In this document: positions 1 to 9,553 of the stretch, one piece after another | Layout: each line of letters begins with the position of its first letter | Numbering within the stretch: the stretch's first letter is position 1 | Source of the DNA: Nitrospirales bacterium | Lineage (GTDB): Bacteria; Nitrospirota; Nitrospiria; Nitrospirales; UBA8639 | DNA length: 64,000 nt | NCBI GenBank assembly: GCA_963422365.1 | Contig: OY729426.1 | Coordinates: 1-64,000, forward strand | Direction of reading: 5' to 3' | Program-made: the position numbers and the translations under genes | Notes under the pieces: generated by a model | What the model saw: only the letters and a program-made list of their open reading frames with translations | Databases searched by the model: none | Told to the model about the DNA's origin: nothing

Positions 1-1
1 A

Positions 2-313
2 AGCCTGGGAAAGACCCTTGGCCAAGATTTGATGCAAGGAATGGTCACCCTGCCCCTTATCCATTTATTGCCGTGTTTGCCGGATGAAGACCAACAAATC
101 CTGGTCTCCAAAATTGGAAACGACGCCATTGAAGAGGATGATTTACTCCAGATCACGGCACGCATGCATCAGCATGGATCGTTGCGATACACCAAGGCCC
201 GTTCCCAGGAATACATCGATGCCGCGCTTGTGAATCTCACCGCCTTTGAAGATTCCACGGCCAAACGTGCCCTCATCGTCGTAGCCGATTACATGGTCAA
301 CCGCGACTGCTAA
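2..313 (+). CDS. Polyprenyl diphosphate synthase (IspB/FPP-GGPP synthase family), 3' part only
   Basis: The frame from nt 2 reads SLGKTLGQDLMQGMVTLPLIH, matching the GKxxGxDLxxGxxTLP motif. It ends in the typical ..YMVNRDC. The gene is cut by the window edge. Confidence 0.85.
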   Translation, partial: SLGKTLGQDLMQGMVTLPLIHLLPCLPDEDQQILVSKIGNDAIEEDDLLQITARMHQHGSLRYTKARSQEYIDAALVNLTAFEDSTAKRALIVVADYMVNRDC

Positions 314-319
314 GGCTTT

Positions 320-1271
320 TCAAGTCGTAAGCGTCATTTTTTCTCGTCGTGCGGCTAGAAAGACGAGCCCTATGAGAATCCACATGATTTCGCGAATCCG
401 ACGGATTACGGCAAAGGTGATCCCTGTCACCTCGCTGTACCCTAATGCCGTCAATAAAAAAAGATAGCCTCCTTCTTGCGCCCCCAGTCTTGATCAATAC
501 CGCAATCGCGGCGATAGACAAAGACGACAACCACCCGACCTCCGCGCCCAGGAAATATAGAATCGCATACACTTCAAACAACTCCGTCAACCATGCGACA
601 AAGTATACCCCCATTGACAACAAAAACGTCTGGCGGCGCTGTTGATAAAAATTTCGAATCGTCCGATCCAACTCCAATAACTGCGACCGATGGTTCTCCA
701 GCCACTGCGACCGAATCCTGCACGTTTCGGCAACCGTTAACAGCCCTGCTCCGATTCCATAGTGCTGGACGACGAGAAACAAGAAGACTCCAAACCCAAG
801 CATGCCCACGCCGACGAAAGCGATCAAGGCGCTGTACGGTCCTCCCCCTACGAGCCACAACATCAGGACTAACCCCAACAACATAAACAGGATCTGTGCA
901 ATGGACATGATTGTCTTGGCTGTCACCACAGAGGCTAACCCTTCGACCATGGGGACCTCATACCGTGTGAGCAGATAGGCCTTCATGGGTTCACCGCCAA
1001 GCATAGCCGTCGGGGTTGTCACGTTAATGGCTTCGCCCGCCATTCTCACCATAAACAACCGGACAAACCCCACTCGACTCGCCCACTGACCCAAGGTCAG
1101 GAACCATCCATAGGTCTCGAGAAGATACACCACCAGAAGCGGGGTGAGAATAATGCAGAAAGAGACAACCCCAACGTGTTCAACCGTCTCCCATACTCGA
1201 GAGGGGCCGATATGCCAGATCAACCCACCCAGAACACCAAGACCCACGGCAAGGAGGACACACCGAATCAT
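320..1271 (-). pseudogene. HpnL/YbhN-like (lysylphosphatidylglycerol synthase TM, flippase-like) membrane protein, frameshifted near 488
   Basis: Multi-TM protein with RMAGEAINVTTPTAMLGGEPMKAYLL. After IAVLIK the family-like tail LGAQEGGYLFLLTALGYSEVTGITFAVIRRIREIMWILIGL..* continues in another frame, with its stop at 322-320. Confidence 0.7.
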
Positions 1272-1379
1272 GGGATTAACTTAGCATGAAAAGCGAAGAG
1301 GGAAGGCATGATGCGTAAAGAAATTTGTTGAACCTTACGCCCCATGTCACTGTGTTCGGGATAACGCTTAAAGAGCGCG

Positions 1380-2864
1380 TCAGGATTGATGAGGGGGAAA
1401 AGCTCGACGAAGGCTCCACGCCATCATGACGGCAAAAAAACTTGCCCCCACTGCGCCGAGCCAGAGAAACCAAGGCAGCACTCCCAAACAGGCCGACACC
1501 GCCACTACAATCGAAAAATCGCGATTGGCCACATGGTCGAGAATAAAATCAAAACGGGTTCGACAGGCTCGACTCAGACGTCGCCAATTCAAGGCTTTGG
1601 CTTTTAGGGACCTTATCCGATTGACACCCCATAGAGAAAACCCTGTAGAGACAACGGCAAGGGCTCCTAATAGCAGTGGGAGGGAGGGAAAGTCCCAAGG
1701 ATTTTCTAGATACGTGCCCCAGGCAATTCCCGCAAACACCGCCATATGCACAATATTGTCTGACACAAGATCTAATGCTTGGCCCAACCGAGATTCTGCA
1801 AAGGTGAGGCGCGCCACTTCTCCATCACAACAATCGATAAGCACTGCGAATTGAAACAGGAGGGCCCCAATCATGCCCAGATGATACGAGCCTCTGGCAA
1901 AACACGCCGCACCAATGAGGCCAATCACCAACGACAAAAGAGTAATGGCATTTGGCGAAAATCCCAGTTTGATAAAGAATCGGCTCAAAAGCCGGGAGAA
2001 CTTCCGATTCACATAGCGGTCGATGAACCCATCCATGGAACCTTTCACGTCTTGCAACGAACGAAACAAGATGTGTTCCGCTTTAGAGAGCCCACCGGGC
2101 TCTCTGACGTCTTGATATCCATGGGACGAGGCAGACAGGGTTTGCAGGACTTCTTCCGCAGCTGCCTGCTCCAACGCCAACCGAACCGGACTCGTTTCCA
2201 GGGTGCTCCATGCACTAGATATCCCTAATAACCGAGCCGGCAAGACAACCAGGTCCTCCACAGGAGCAAGCCCCGTGCCTGCAACCTCAACAGGGTCCAC
2301 CTTGGAGCTCTGCTGGTCACAAAATACGACTCGAGGCCTGTGTCCGCTCGTGTGAGAATCAGTTCGCATCACCACACGAGGATTCGCGCTCCACCCGGGT
2401 TCACCCGGCCGACCGACCGCCACCACGGCTCGTCCCTCTTTCCCTTCTTCTCTGAAAGATTCGAGCAACGACGGAGGAAACACCATATGACAACTGAGAA
2501 TGAAACATGATCCCTTCATCTCACTCGCCAAGGCTTCCCACGTCTGAGGATCCGACGGAGGAAATTCACGAATAGGAAGCCAGCGGATCGCCGCTTGGAT
2601 ACGATCATCGCCATCAATCAACGAGCGAAGCCGTTGTTCCTCCTGACCCACTAATGTCAGAATTTGTGAGATCCCTGCATCCTGAAGGGTGAAAACGGTT
2701 CGTTGAAAGAGCGTAAGCCCACCAACGTGGGTCAAGGCCCCAACAGCAGATTGATCAGACGCCCCAACTAAATCAAATACACCTGACGAGGCTAAAACGA
2801 TGGCCGTGTCGATCATGCCGATTTCAGGTTTATTGAGTGTTCCGTCCATAGGTGCGGGGTTCAC
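1380..2864 (-). CDS. CDP-alcohol phosphatidyltransferase with N-terminal nucleotidyltransferase-like domain
   Basis: DCCDGEVARLTFAESRLGQALDLVSD matches the DxxDGxxAR..GxxxDxxxD signature, preceded by SPNAIT. The N-terminal AIVLA..ALTHVGGLTLFQR region is NTP-transferase-like. Start uncertain. Confidence 0.85.
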   Translation of the reverse strand: MNPAPMDGTLNKPEIGMIDTAIVLASSGVFDLVGASDQSAVGALTHVGGLTLFQRTVFTLQDAGISQILTLVGQEEQRLRSLIDGDDRIQAAIRWLPIREFPPSDPQTWEALASEMKGSCFILSCHMVFPPSLLESFREEGKEGRAVVAVGRPGEPGWSANPRVVMRTDSHTSGHRPRVVFCDQQSSKVDPVEVAGTGLAPVEDLVVLPARLLGISSAWSTLETSPVRLALEQAAAEEVLQTLSASSHGYQDVREPGGLSKAEHILFRSLQDVKGSMDGFIDRYVNRKFSRLLSRFFIKLGFSPNAITLLSLVIGLIGAACFARGSYHLGMIGALLFQFAVLIDCCDGEVARLTFAESRLGQALDLVSDNIVHMAVFAGIAWGTYLENPWDFPSLPLLLGALAVVSTGFSLWGVNRIRSLKAKALNWRRLSRACRTRFDFILDHVANRDFSIVVAVSACLGVLPWFLWLGAVGASFFAVMMAWSLRRAFPPHQS

Positions 2865-2897
2865 CTTCGCACGACTATGCTTGGCAAGAAATGGGCC

Positions 2898-3632
2898 TTA
2901 CCCTCTAACATGTTCTCCCAACCGGGGCAAAATGTCTTTTCGTGCCCGTTCCAGATCTTCAGGGAAGTCAATCTCAATCCAAGGCAGGCCCCCAATTTTC
3001 TCAACCCCGACCGGGATGTCGCGAAAAAAGTCTTCCAACGCATCTTCATATTCTATATCCAGCAGCCCCTGATTCACACGCATCTCTACCGATCGGAGCA
3101 AACGAGGCACGGCAGCATGCTCCACGCGTAAAAATCCCACGCCTTCGCCCACCAGGTCATACTCTCCCTGCACGTACTTGGACAACATCACCACCCGTCC
3201 CTCCCGTACCACGACCATGCATTCCTCTGTTTGTTGCGTCACCGTTTCATCCATCAACAGGGAATTGGCATACGGAGAAGTGAACAATCGCTCAAGGATA
3301 GCGGGATGAAACAGGACGTCGGCATCCATGATCACCACATCATCATCCAATGCTTGTCGGGCCACCCACAAAGAGCCAAGGCTTCCACGTTCAAATTGGC
3401 TATTGACCAAGAACCTCACATCCAATGGGGAGGGGTATGAAGCCACCGCCTCACGAATGAATTCTTGTTTGTACCCGACCACCAGACAGATTTGGGTCAC
3501 GCTCAGATCAAGCAGCGCATCGAAATAGCGATACAGAAGGGGCCGCTTTCCAATCTCAATCAAACATTTAGGGTGATGGGTCAGAATATGAAGCCGACTC
3601 CCACGCCCTGCAGCCAAAATGACCGCTTTCAT
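2898..3632 (-). CDS. Phosphocholine/phosphonate cytidylyltransferase (LicC/PntC-like)
   Basis: KAVILAAGRGSRL..PKCL motif, DADV, and C-terminal WIEIDFPEDL. Cluster context agrees. Confidence 0.85.
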   Translation of the reverse strand: MKAVILAAGRGSRLHILTHHPKCLIEIGKRPLLYRYFDALLDLSVTQICLVVGYKQEFIREAVASYPSPLDVRFLVNSQFERGSLGSLWVARQALDDDVVIMDADVLFHPAILERLFTSPYANSLLMDETVTQQTEECMVVVREGRVVMLSKYVQGEYDLVGEGVGFLRVEHAAVPRLLRSVEMRVNQGLLDIEYEDALEDFFRDIPVGVEKIGGLPWIEIDFPEDLERARKDILPRLGEHVRG

Positions 3633-4723
3633 GTCCCCCTGTTCTCCTGCTGCAAGACTTCCTCAAACGCCCCCAGGAAATCTTCGATGTGTTGTGCCTG
3701 TAAAGCGCCCATATTCGCCACGCGGAAAATCTTCGACTCTAAATGTCCTTGGCCGGCATAGATAACATAGCCGCGCTCTTTCAGACGGTCATGGAGGACG
3801 GGATACGTCAGTCCTTCCGGCAAATAAAAGGCTGTCAACGAATTCGACTGATGCTCCGCAGGAAGCACGGCTTGCACCCCAAGGGTTTCCATCCGTTCCC
3901 GAATCAGAGAGGCCATCCGTCCATATCGCTTGATCCGATTGCCAACTCCTTCTTCCAAGAGTTCCGATAAGGCTTCACCGAATGCGGCATACAACTGAAT
4001 AGCCGGCGTAAAGGGAAGACGGCTTTTTTCTTGTGTCTCGTAATAATTGCCCAGGTTCAAATACCACGAGCGCTTGGGGTACTTCACCACATTTTCCATA
4101 AAGCCTTTTCGAACCAGAACAAACGAAACTCCTGGGAATCCCTGAATACACTTTCCCGCGGTCCCAGCCACCATATACATATGACGACCGGCAATATCCA
4201 AGGATTCCCCTCCTAACCCACTGACAGAATCCAGTACAAAGACCCCCCCACGGCTATCGACGTGTTCTGCAATTTCGTGAACGGGATTGAGAAGCCCCAG
4301 AGTCGTTTCATGATGAACCATGACCACCGCATGAGCCGACGGCTGTTGCTTCAGAGATTTAAGAATTGTTTCCGGATCGGGCTGGGTATCCCACTTACAT
4401 TTGATTTCAGCAATCCCAAGGCGTTGTGTCGCAACGATTGAAGAAATCCGTTCTCCATACACCCCGTTATTGACATGAACCAGGCGCTTCCCTGCCGGCA
4501 AACACGACATGATGGAGGCCTCTACCGCAGCCGTACCCGAGCCAGTCAGAAGAATCGCGGTGTAATCCGATTCCGCACCCGGAACAAAGGCTTCCAGAAG
4601 TTTCCGACGAATCTTGCCAATCAATTCCGCGCATTCGGATTCCCGATGACAGAGATCCGGACCTATCAAGGCATTTCGGACGCGATCTGAGACATTGACC
4701 GGACCTGGATTGAGCAGTATCAT
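3629..4723 (-). CDS. 2-aminoethylphosphonate aminotransferase-like class V PLP enzyme (AepZ/PhnW-like)
   Basis: ILLNPGPVNVS, DLCHRESE, LLTGSGTAAVEA, VHHETTLGLLNP, DSVS, GKCIQGFPG (PLP lysine) and PFTPA motifs. Confidence 0.85.
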   Translation of the reverse strand: MILLNPGPVNVSDRVRNALIGPDLCHRESECAELIGKIRRKLLEAFVPGAESDYTAILLTGSGTAAVEASIMSCLPAGKRLVHVNNGVYGERISSIVATQRLGIAEIKCKWDTQPDPETILKSLKQQPSAHAVVMVHHETTLGLLNPVHEIAEHVDSRGGVFVLDSVSGLGGESLDIAGRHMYMVAGTAGKCIQGFPGVSFVLVRKGFMENVVKYPKRSWYLNLGNYYETQEKSRLPFTPAIQLYAAFGEALSELLEEGVGNRIKRYGRMASLIRERMETLGVQAVLPAEHQSNSLTAFYLPEGLTYPVLHDRLKERGYVIYAGQGHLESKIFRVANMGALQAQHIEDFLGAFEEVLQQENRGT

Positions 4724-4779
4724 GAGCTTGACGTTATCCTTTTTTCCTTAGTTATGACATCCATTGAGACCCAAATGAG

Positions 4780-5370
4780 CTAGCCGTGACCCACGGCTGC
4801 ACGAAAACGTTTTGTCATATCAGGGGGATCGAGGGCCACTCGATCGGCATCTTCAATCTGCTCGTTGACTTTAATCAGCAAAAAATTCGGGCCCTCGCTG
4901 TTCAGCATGTCTTTAAATTCATAGACAATATCCTCTCGTTCCCAAACCCGTTCGACAGTGGCGTAGCCGGCAGCCTTGGCTACGTGGTCCAGCCGAACGA
5001 ACCGCGAATAGGAAGGCTGATTGCCGGTTGTCCCGTACACCTCGTTATCAAAGACCACATGAGTCAGGTTTTTCGGGTGTAATGCTCCGATAGTGGCCAA
5101 TGTACCCATCCCCATGAGCACGTTCCCATCACCATCGAACACGACGACTGGCTGTTCCGGTTTGGCCAAAGCAAGACCCAATCCAATTGAGGCAGCGACC
5201 CCCATCGACCCAATCATATAAAAATTGCCTGCCCGGTCCTGGATTTTTTGGGCTTCCCGTGAGGGGAACCCATTACAAATGATCACAGGTTGGTCAGACA
5301 GAACCTCAAAGAGCGCTTGAATCGCCTGGGCTCTGCTCTGCATCACGCCTTCTTCAGGTCGCAAACTCAC
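4780..5370 (-). CDS. Phosphonopyruvate/sulfopyruvate decarboxylase beta subunit (ComE-like, TPP-binding)
   Basis: NFYMIGSMG, DGDGNVLMGMG and DNEVYGTTGNQP TPP-binding motifs. Confidence 0.88.
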   Translation of the reverse strand: MSLRPEEGVMQSRAQAIQALFEVLSDQPVIICNGFPSREAQKIQDRAGNFYMIGSMGVAASIGLGLALAKPEQPVVVFDGDGNVLMGMGTLATIGALHPKNLTHVVFDNEVYGTTGNQPSYSRFVRLDHVAKAAGYATVERVWEREDIVYEFKDMLNSEGPNFLLIKVNEQIEDADRVALDPPDMTKRFRAAVGHG

Positions 5371-5386
5371 TGACTCTCGCCCTTTC

Positions 5387-5890
5387 TTAAGGTTGGATGG
5401 TTTTCACCACACCCTTTTTCAAAAACAACGCAACAGGGATTCGTTGCTCCATAAAGGTTTGCGCGGTCCATTGAAGATCATCCGCCAGGGTTTCCTGGGA
5501 TAACGTTCGATGAGGAATCCGAATCGTCTCCATCAACTGCGGCATGGTTTGCCCCATCACCACGTGTTCCGGGGCATCTTTCCCTTCAAAACCTCTCCAA
5601 GAAATAATCAGCAAGCAAGGGATCCTGTAGATCAAATGAAGTGACATCAGCACATTCAAGGCATTCCCCAGCCCTGAATTCTGCATAAGAACGACAGGGA
5701 TTTTTCCACCCAAAAACGCCCCTGCGGCCATGGCAACCGCCTCATCTTCACGCACCGACGGTGTATAGAGCCGGCGTTCACTTAACACTTCAATGATCCC
5801 GCCTAAAATCGTATCTGGCACACCGGTAAAAAAATCAAATCCAATATCCCTGAGTGCTTTCACAAAATCATCACTGTCGATCACGGCCAT
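5387..5890 (-). CDS. Phosphonopyruvate/sulfopyruvate decarboxylase alpha subunit (ComD-like)
   Basis: FFTGVPDT, REDEAVAMAAGA, MQNSGLGN and SWRG..DAPEH motifs. Start placed at ATG 5890, which follows an AGGA RBS-like sequence. Confidence 0.88.
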   Translation of the reverse strand: MAVIDSDDFVKALRDIGFDFFTGVPDTILGGIIEVLSERRLYTPSVREDEAVAMAAGAFLGGKIPVVLMQNSGLGNALNVLMSLHLIYRIPCLLIISWRGFEGKDAPEHVVMGQTMPQLMETIRIPHRTLSQETLADDLQWTAQTFMEQRIPVALFLKKGVVKTIQP

Positions 5891-6192
5891 GACATCGTTC
5901 CTGAATGTGTTTAAAAAACATGCCTTCCTGGAAAAAGAATGTCTTTCCAAAAGTAGAGGGATTGGGGAAGCAAGAAGATCCACTCCGTGTCAAAACAAAA
6001 AACGGCACGGAATCATCTCTTTCTCCTAGCGAAAGAGATTATAACGAAGGGGTCGCATGCTTCTCAACAAACAGAACTGATTTCTTTTGAAACCGCCTCT
6101 CACAATTGCGGAGATTTGGTCCAGCAATGTACACTCTCAGGCGTTACGCACAGAGTGTTGAGAGATAACCCGTTACAAGGAGCGTGGAGTGT

Positions 6193-6617
6193 ATGAAACG
6201 TGGACAGACAGGAGAGGCGCTAGATACGAAACGACATGCCAAAAGCGGTATTACCACACCACTCCCCCCTTTGGAAACCTGGCCTAACCAATTTCCCGGG
6301 ACTGAGATCACGATCGAGATACCGGAATATACCGCCATGTGTCCGAAAACCCAACTCCCGGACTTTGGTACAATCACAATTCGTTACATGCCGCAAAAAT
6401 CCTGCGTCGAGCTCAAGTCGCTCAAGCTCTACATCCATGCCTATCGCAACGTCGGCATCTTTACGAAAACGCCGTCAACCGCATCCTTCAAGATTTCGTG
6501 AAAGCCTGCCGACCCGAATGGGCCATCGTGACCGGAATGTTTACGGCTCGCGGCGGTCTCAGCAGCACCATTCAAGCGAACTACCCGAAAGACGGATCAC
6601 GACTTCGCAAAGGTTGA
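6193..6617 (+). pseudogene. queF: 7-cyano-7-deazaguanine (preQ0) reductase QueF, split by a 1-nt deletion at ~6461
   Basis: PEYTAMCPKTQLPDF and VELKSLKLY occur in one frame. YENAVNRILQDFV..FTARGG continues in a second frame after ATC TTT (T)AC GAA. Confidence 0.85.
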
Positions 6618-6669
6618 CCGCTTCTGACACCCTGAGTAAGTCTGCAATCCAGACTCTGTTGAGCAAGCA

Positions 6670-7067
6670 ATGGGCCTAACCTTCATCAAAGCAAGTATTA
6701 TCAATCCCGCGAGTCCACGAAGGAAGACCCGCCTAGCTTTTTTAGTGGATTCGGGAACGGTCTACTCTGTTGTCCCCAAACAACACTTAAAGCGAATCGG
6801 CATCCAACCGCACAGCACTCGGATCTTCACACTCACCGACGGCACCCAAATTACCAGGGAAATCGGTGACGCGATCTTGCCATTAACGGAGATCGAGCAG
6901 CATCCCCCGTCATTTTCGGTGAGGCTGGGGATAGCCTGCTTTTTGGCACGGTTTCCCTCGAAGCTCTAGGGCTGATCCTCGACCCGATCCGGCGTGAGCT
7001 CCGTCCTCTCCCCATGGTCCTTGGTCAAAGGCGACCGAACGTACAGGAATGTCGGATACGGCTTTAA
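6670..7067 (+). pseudogene. Clan AA (retropepsin-like) aspartyl protease, split by a 1-nt deletion at ~6878
   Basis: FLVDSGTVYSVVP active-site motif. The family C-terminus ..SPVIFGEAGDSLLFGTVSLEALGLILDPIRRELRPLPM lies in a second frame after GAC GCG ATC TT(T) GCC. Confidence 0.75.
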
Positions 7068-8182
7068 TGGCTATGGTAGAACTCGCCGATACGCTGAACA
7101 ACCAATTCCATCTGCGAGTCAGTGAGTTCAGGATAAATCGGCAGGGACAACACTTCTCGAGCCATTCGCTCCGAGACTGGAAGATCACCTTTCTGGTACC
7201 CAAGGTGTTGGTAACATTCCTGAAGATGAAGGGGGACAGGGTAATACACTTTATGACCAATTTCATGTTCCTTCAAATAGGCCATCAACTCGTCGCGCCG
7301 TTGGGCACGAATGGTATATTGGTTAAAGACATGGACGTTGCTTGGATCCGTCGTTGGCAGCGTGATGCGCTCCAATAAACCCACTTCAGCAAAAAGCCGA
7401 TCATAGTTCGCCGCGTTCCAAGCCCGTTTTTCATTCCAGCCGCCCAGGCGGTGCAGCTTGACGTGCAGCACCGCCGCCTCAAGCGCATCAAGCCGACTGT
7501 TGAGCCCAATATGGTCGTGATGGTAGTCTGACCGGCTTCCATGGACTCGCAACGAGAGGAGCCGTTCACGAAGGTTTCGATCATTCGTCACGATTAACCC
7601 TCCATCACCCACGCCTCCAAGATTTTTAGACGGGAAAAAGCTGAAGCACCCCGAATACCCGAAAGTCCCGGCTTTTCGGCCACGTCGACTGGCCCCTATG
7701 GATTGGCAGGCATCTTCGATGACCTTGACGCCATGTCGATCAGCCACTTCCATGATATGCTCCATATCGGAACATTGACCGAAGAGATGCACAGGGATGA
7801 TGGCTTTCGTGCGAGGCGTGATGGCTTTGTCAAGCTGGTCGGGATCCATCGTAAAGGTGTCGGCCCGGATATCGACAAAGACCGGCACGCCGTGTAACAG
7901 GGAGACCACCCCTGCCGTGGAAAAAAAGGTAAACGGCACGGTAATCACTTCATCGCCAGGCTCCACTCCTACCGTCATTAAGGACAACCATAACGCATCG
8001 CTTCCCGAGGCCACGCCAACGGCATACCGACACTCAAGATAGTCGGCGATGGCTGCTTCAAAGGCCTCAACCCGTTGACCGAGGATAAAGCTTTGATCCT
8101 CGCAGACCCCTTGGATCGCTGACAGGACATCCGAACGAATCTGCTGAAACTGCGCTTTCAAATCCAATAAGGGGATCTTCAC
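7064..8182 (-). CDS. DegT/DnrJ/EryC1/StrS family sugar aminotransferase
   Basis: IPLLDLKAQ, GVASGSDAL, EDACQSIGA, FSFFPSKNLG and GLNSRLD motifs. GTG 8182 has AGGAG upstream. Confidence 0.92.
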   Translation of the reverse strand: MKIPLLDLKAQFQQIRSDVLSAIQGVCEDQSFILGQRVEAFEAAIADYLECRYAVGVASGSDALWLSLMTVGVEPGDEVITVPFTFFSTAGVVSLLHGVPVFVDIRADTFTMDPDQLDKAITPRTKAIIPVHLFGQCSDMEHIMEVADRHGVKVIEDACQSIGASRRGRKAGTFGYSGCFSFFPSKNLGGVGDGGLIVTNDRNLRERLLSLRVHGSRSDYHHDHIGLNSRLDALEAAVLHVKLHRLGGWNEKRAWNAANYDRLFAEVGLLERITLPTTDPSNVHVFNQYTIRAQRRDELMAYLKEHEIGHKVYYPVPLHLQECYQHLGYQKGDLPVSERMAREVLSLPIYPELTDSQMELVVQRIGEFYHSH

Positions 8183-8323
8183 GGACGGTCTCGCTCCTGT
8201 TACCATAGGTGAATCGAGGATAGCGTATTCAAGCATACCCGAAAGGAACGAGCAAGTCAGAAGCGCCACCCTTTTTCCTCTTGATGCTCCAGCCCCATTG
8301 TCTCCATACTATTGGTGAATGTC

Positions 8324-8860
8324 ATGAACTATTGCAGCAACTGTGGAGCACGACTCATCATGAAAATCCCCGTTGGGGATACGTTGCTCCGATTCGTCTG
8401 TAAGCATTGCCAGACCATTCATTATGAAAATCCAAAAATTGTGGTGGGCTGTCTTCCTGAATGGGAAGACCAGATCCTCCTGTGCAAACGAGCCATTGAG
8501 CCACGTTATGGACTCTGGACGTTTCCCGCAGGGTTTATGGAAAAGCACGAAACCCTTGAAGACGCTGCCGCTCGTGAGACCTTAGAAGAAGCCGAAGCCT
8601 GGGTGGAGATCTCCCAGCTTTACGCGATTTTCAGCATTCCGCACGTGAACCAAGTGTATATCGTTTTTCGCGGAACCATGAAACATGCAACATTCGGCGC
8701 AGGGAGGGAAAGTCTGGAAGTCGCTCTTTTTAAACGAGAAGAGATTCCATGGTCGAAGCTGGCCTTTCGAGTGATTCATGAAATATTAGAGCGCTATTGC
8801 AAAGACAGCAATCATGTTCCGGTTCACCTGGGAACCATCCTTGACACTCCTCAACCATAA
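8324..8860 (+). CDS. Nudix hydrolase with N-terminal zinc ribbon
   Basis: YCSNCG..CKHC, HYENPK, and Nudix box GFMEKHETLEDAAARETLEEA. Confidence 0.9.
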   Translation: MNYCSNCGARLIMKIPVGDTLLRFVCKHCQTIHYENPKIVVGCLPEWEDQILLCKRAIEPRYGLWTFPAGFMEKHETLEDAAARETLEEAEAWVEISQLYAIFSIPHVNQVYIVFRGTMKHATFGAGRESLEVALFKREEIPWSKLAFRVIHEILERYCKDSNHVPVHLGTILDTPQP

Positions 8861-8905
8861 CTCGTCGATTGCTGCTTTTCCACGCTACAAGTTCCGAACA
8901 ACGGC

Positions 8906-9334
8906 TCACGAGGCCGCATAGACAATCACTCCATACCGCGTTGCTTTACCAATGGCTATCCACAACAAGGCCTGAAGCCAATGAAGGCGGAGCCACCCAC
9001 CGACCAAACACAGCGAATCCCCCACGACAGGCACCCAAGACAAGATCAAGGCTGGGCTCCCCCATTGCCGCACCCATTGAAGAGGTCGGTGATACTTGGG
9101 TTGAGTGAAATGGTTGGCCGGATACCACCAACCGAAAAAACATCCGACGCCCCACAGGCTCATCCCGCCCAACGTATTCCCTGCCGAGGCAACGCCCAAA
9201 AGGATCCATGGATCATACTCATCCTGGACGGCCAAGATCGCCAACACGGCCTCAGATCCACCAGGGAGAAGAGTCGAAGCAAGAAAGGCACTCAGAAACA
9301 AGACCCACAGGCCTGAACCGTCAATCGTCGTCAC
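8906..9334 (-). CDS. yqaA: YqaA/DedA (VTT domain) family membrane protein
   Basis: FLSAFLASTLLPGGSE, GNTLGG, LSWVPVVGDSLCLVGGWLR and GKATRY motifs. Confidence 0.88.
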   Translation of the reverse strand: MTTIDGSGLWVLFLSAFLASTLLPGGSEAVLAILAVQDEYDPWILLGVASAGNTLGGMSLWGVGCFFGWWYPANHFTQPKYHRPLQWVRQWGSPALILSWVPVVGDSLCLVGGWLRLHWLQALLWIAIGKATRYGVIVYAAS

Positions 9335-9553
9335 ACCCTGTCATCATAGGATTGTGCAAAAGCCTGTGGATGGCAAGAGAGTCAGGGTGAGTGCCCGTTC
9401 ATTGCGCCAACAAACCCGGCACCAGGACGAGGATCTCGCCATCGTCACAAGACCTCGCTACACGCTCCACCAGCCTGGGAGTGCGCCTTGGCTTCTTGAA
9501 GACTTTGGAGAATCATTCGAGACATCCCAGCGCACGAGTAGTGTCAATACAAC

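Noticed and set aside
6131..6158. Hairpin acactct...agagtgt upstream of queF as a preQ1 riboswitch
   Set aside because: It lacks the A-rich 3' tail and loop consensus I would expect for preQ1-I. An Rfam scan would be needed.
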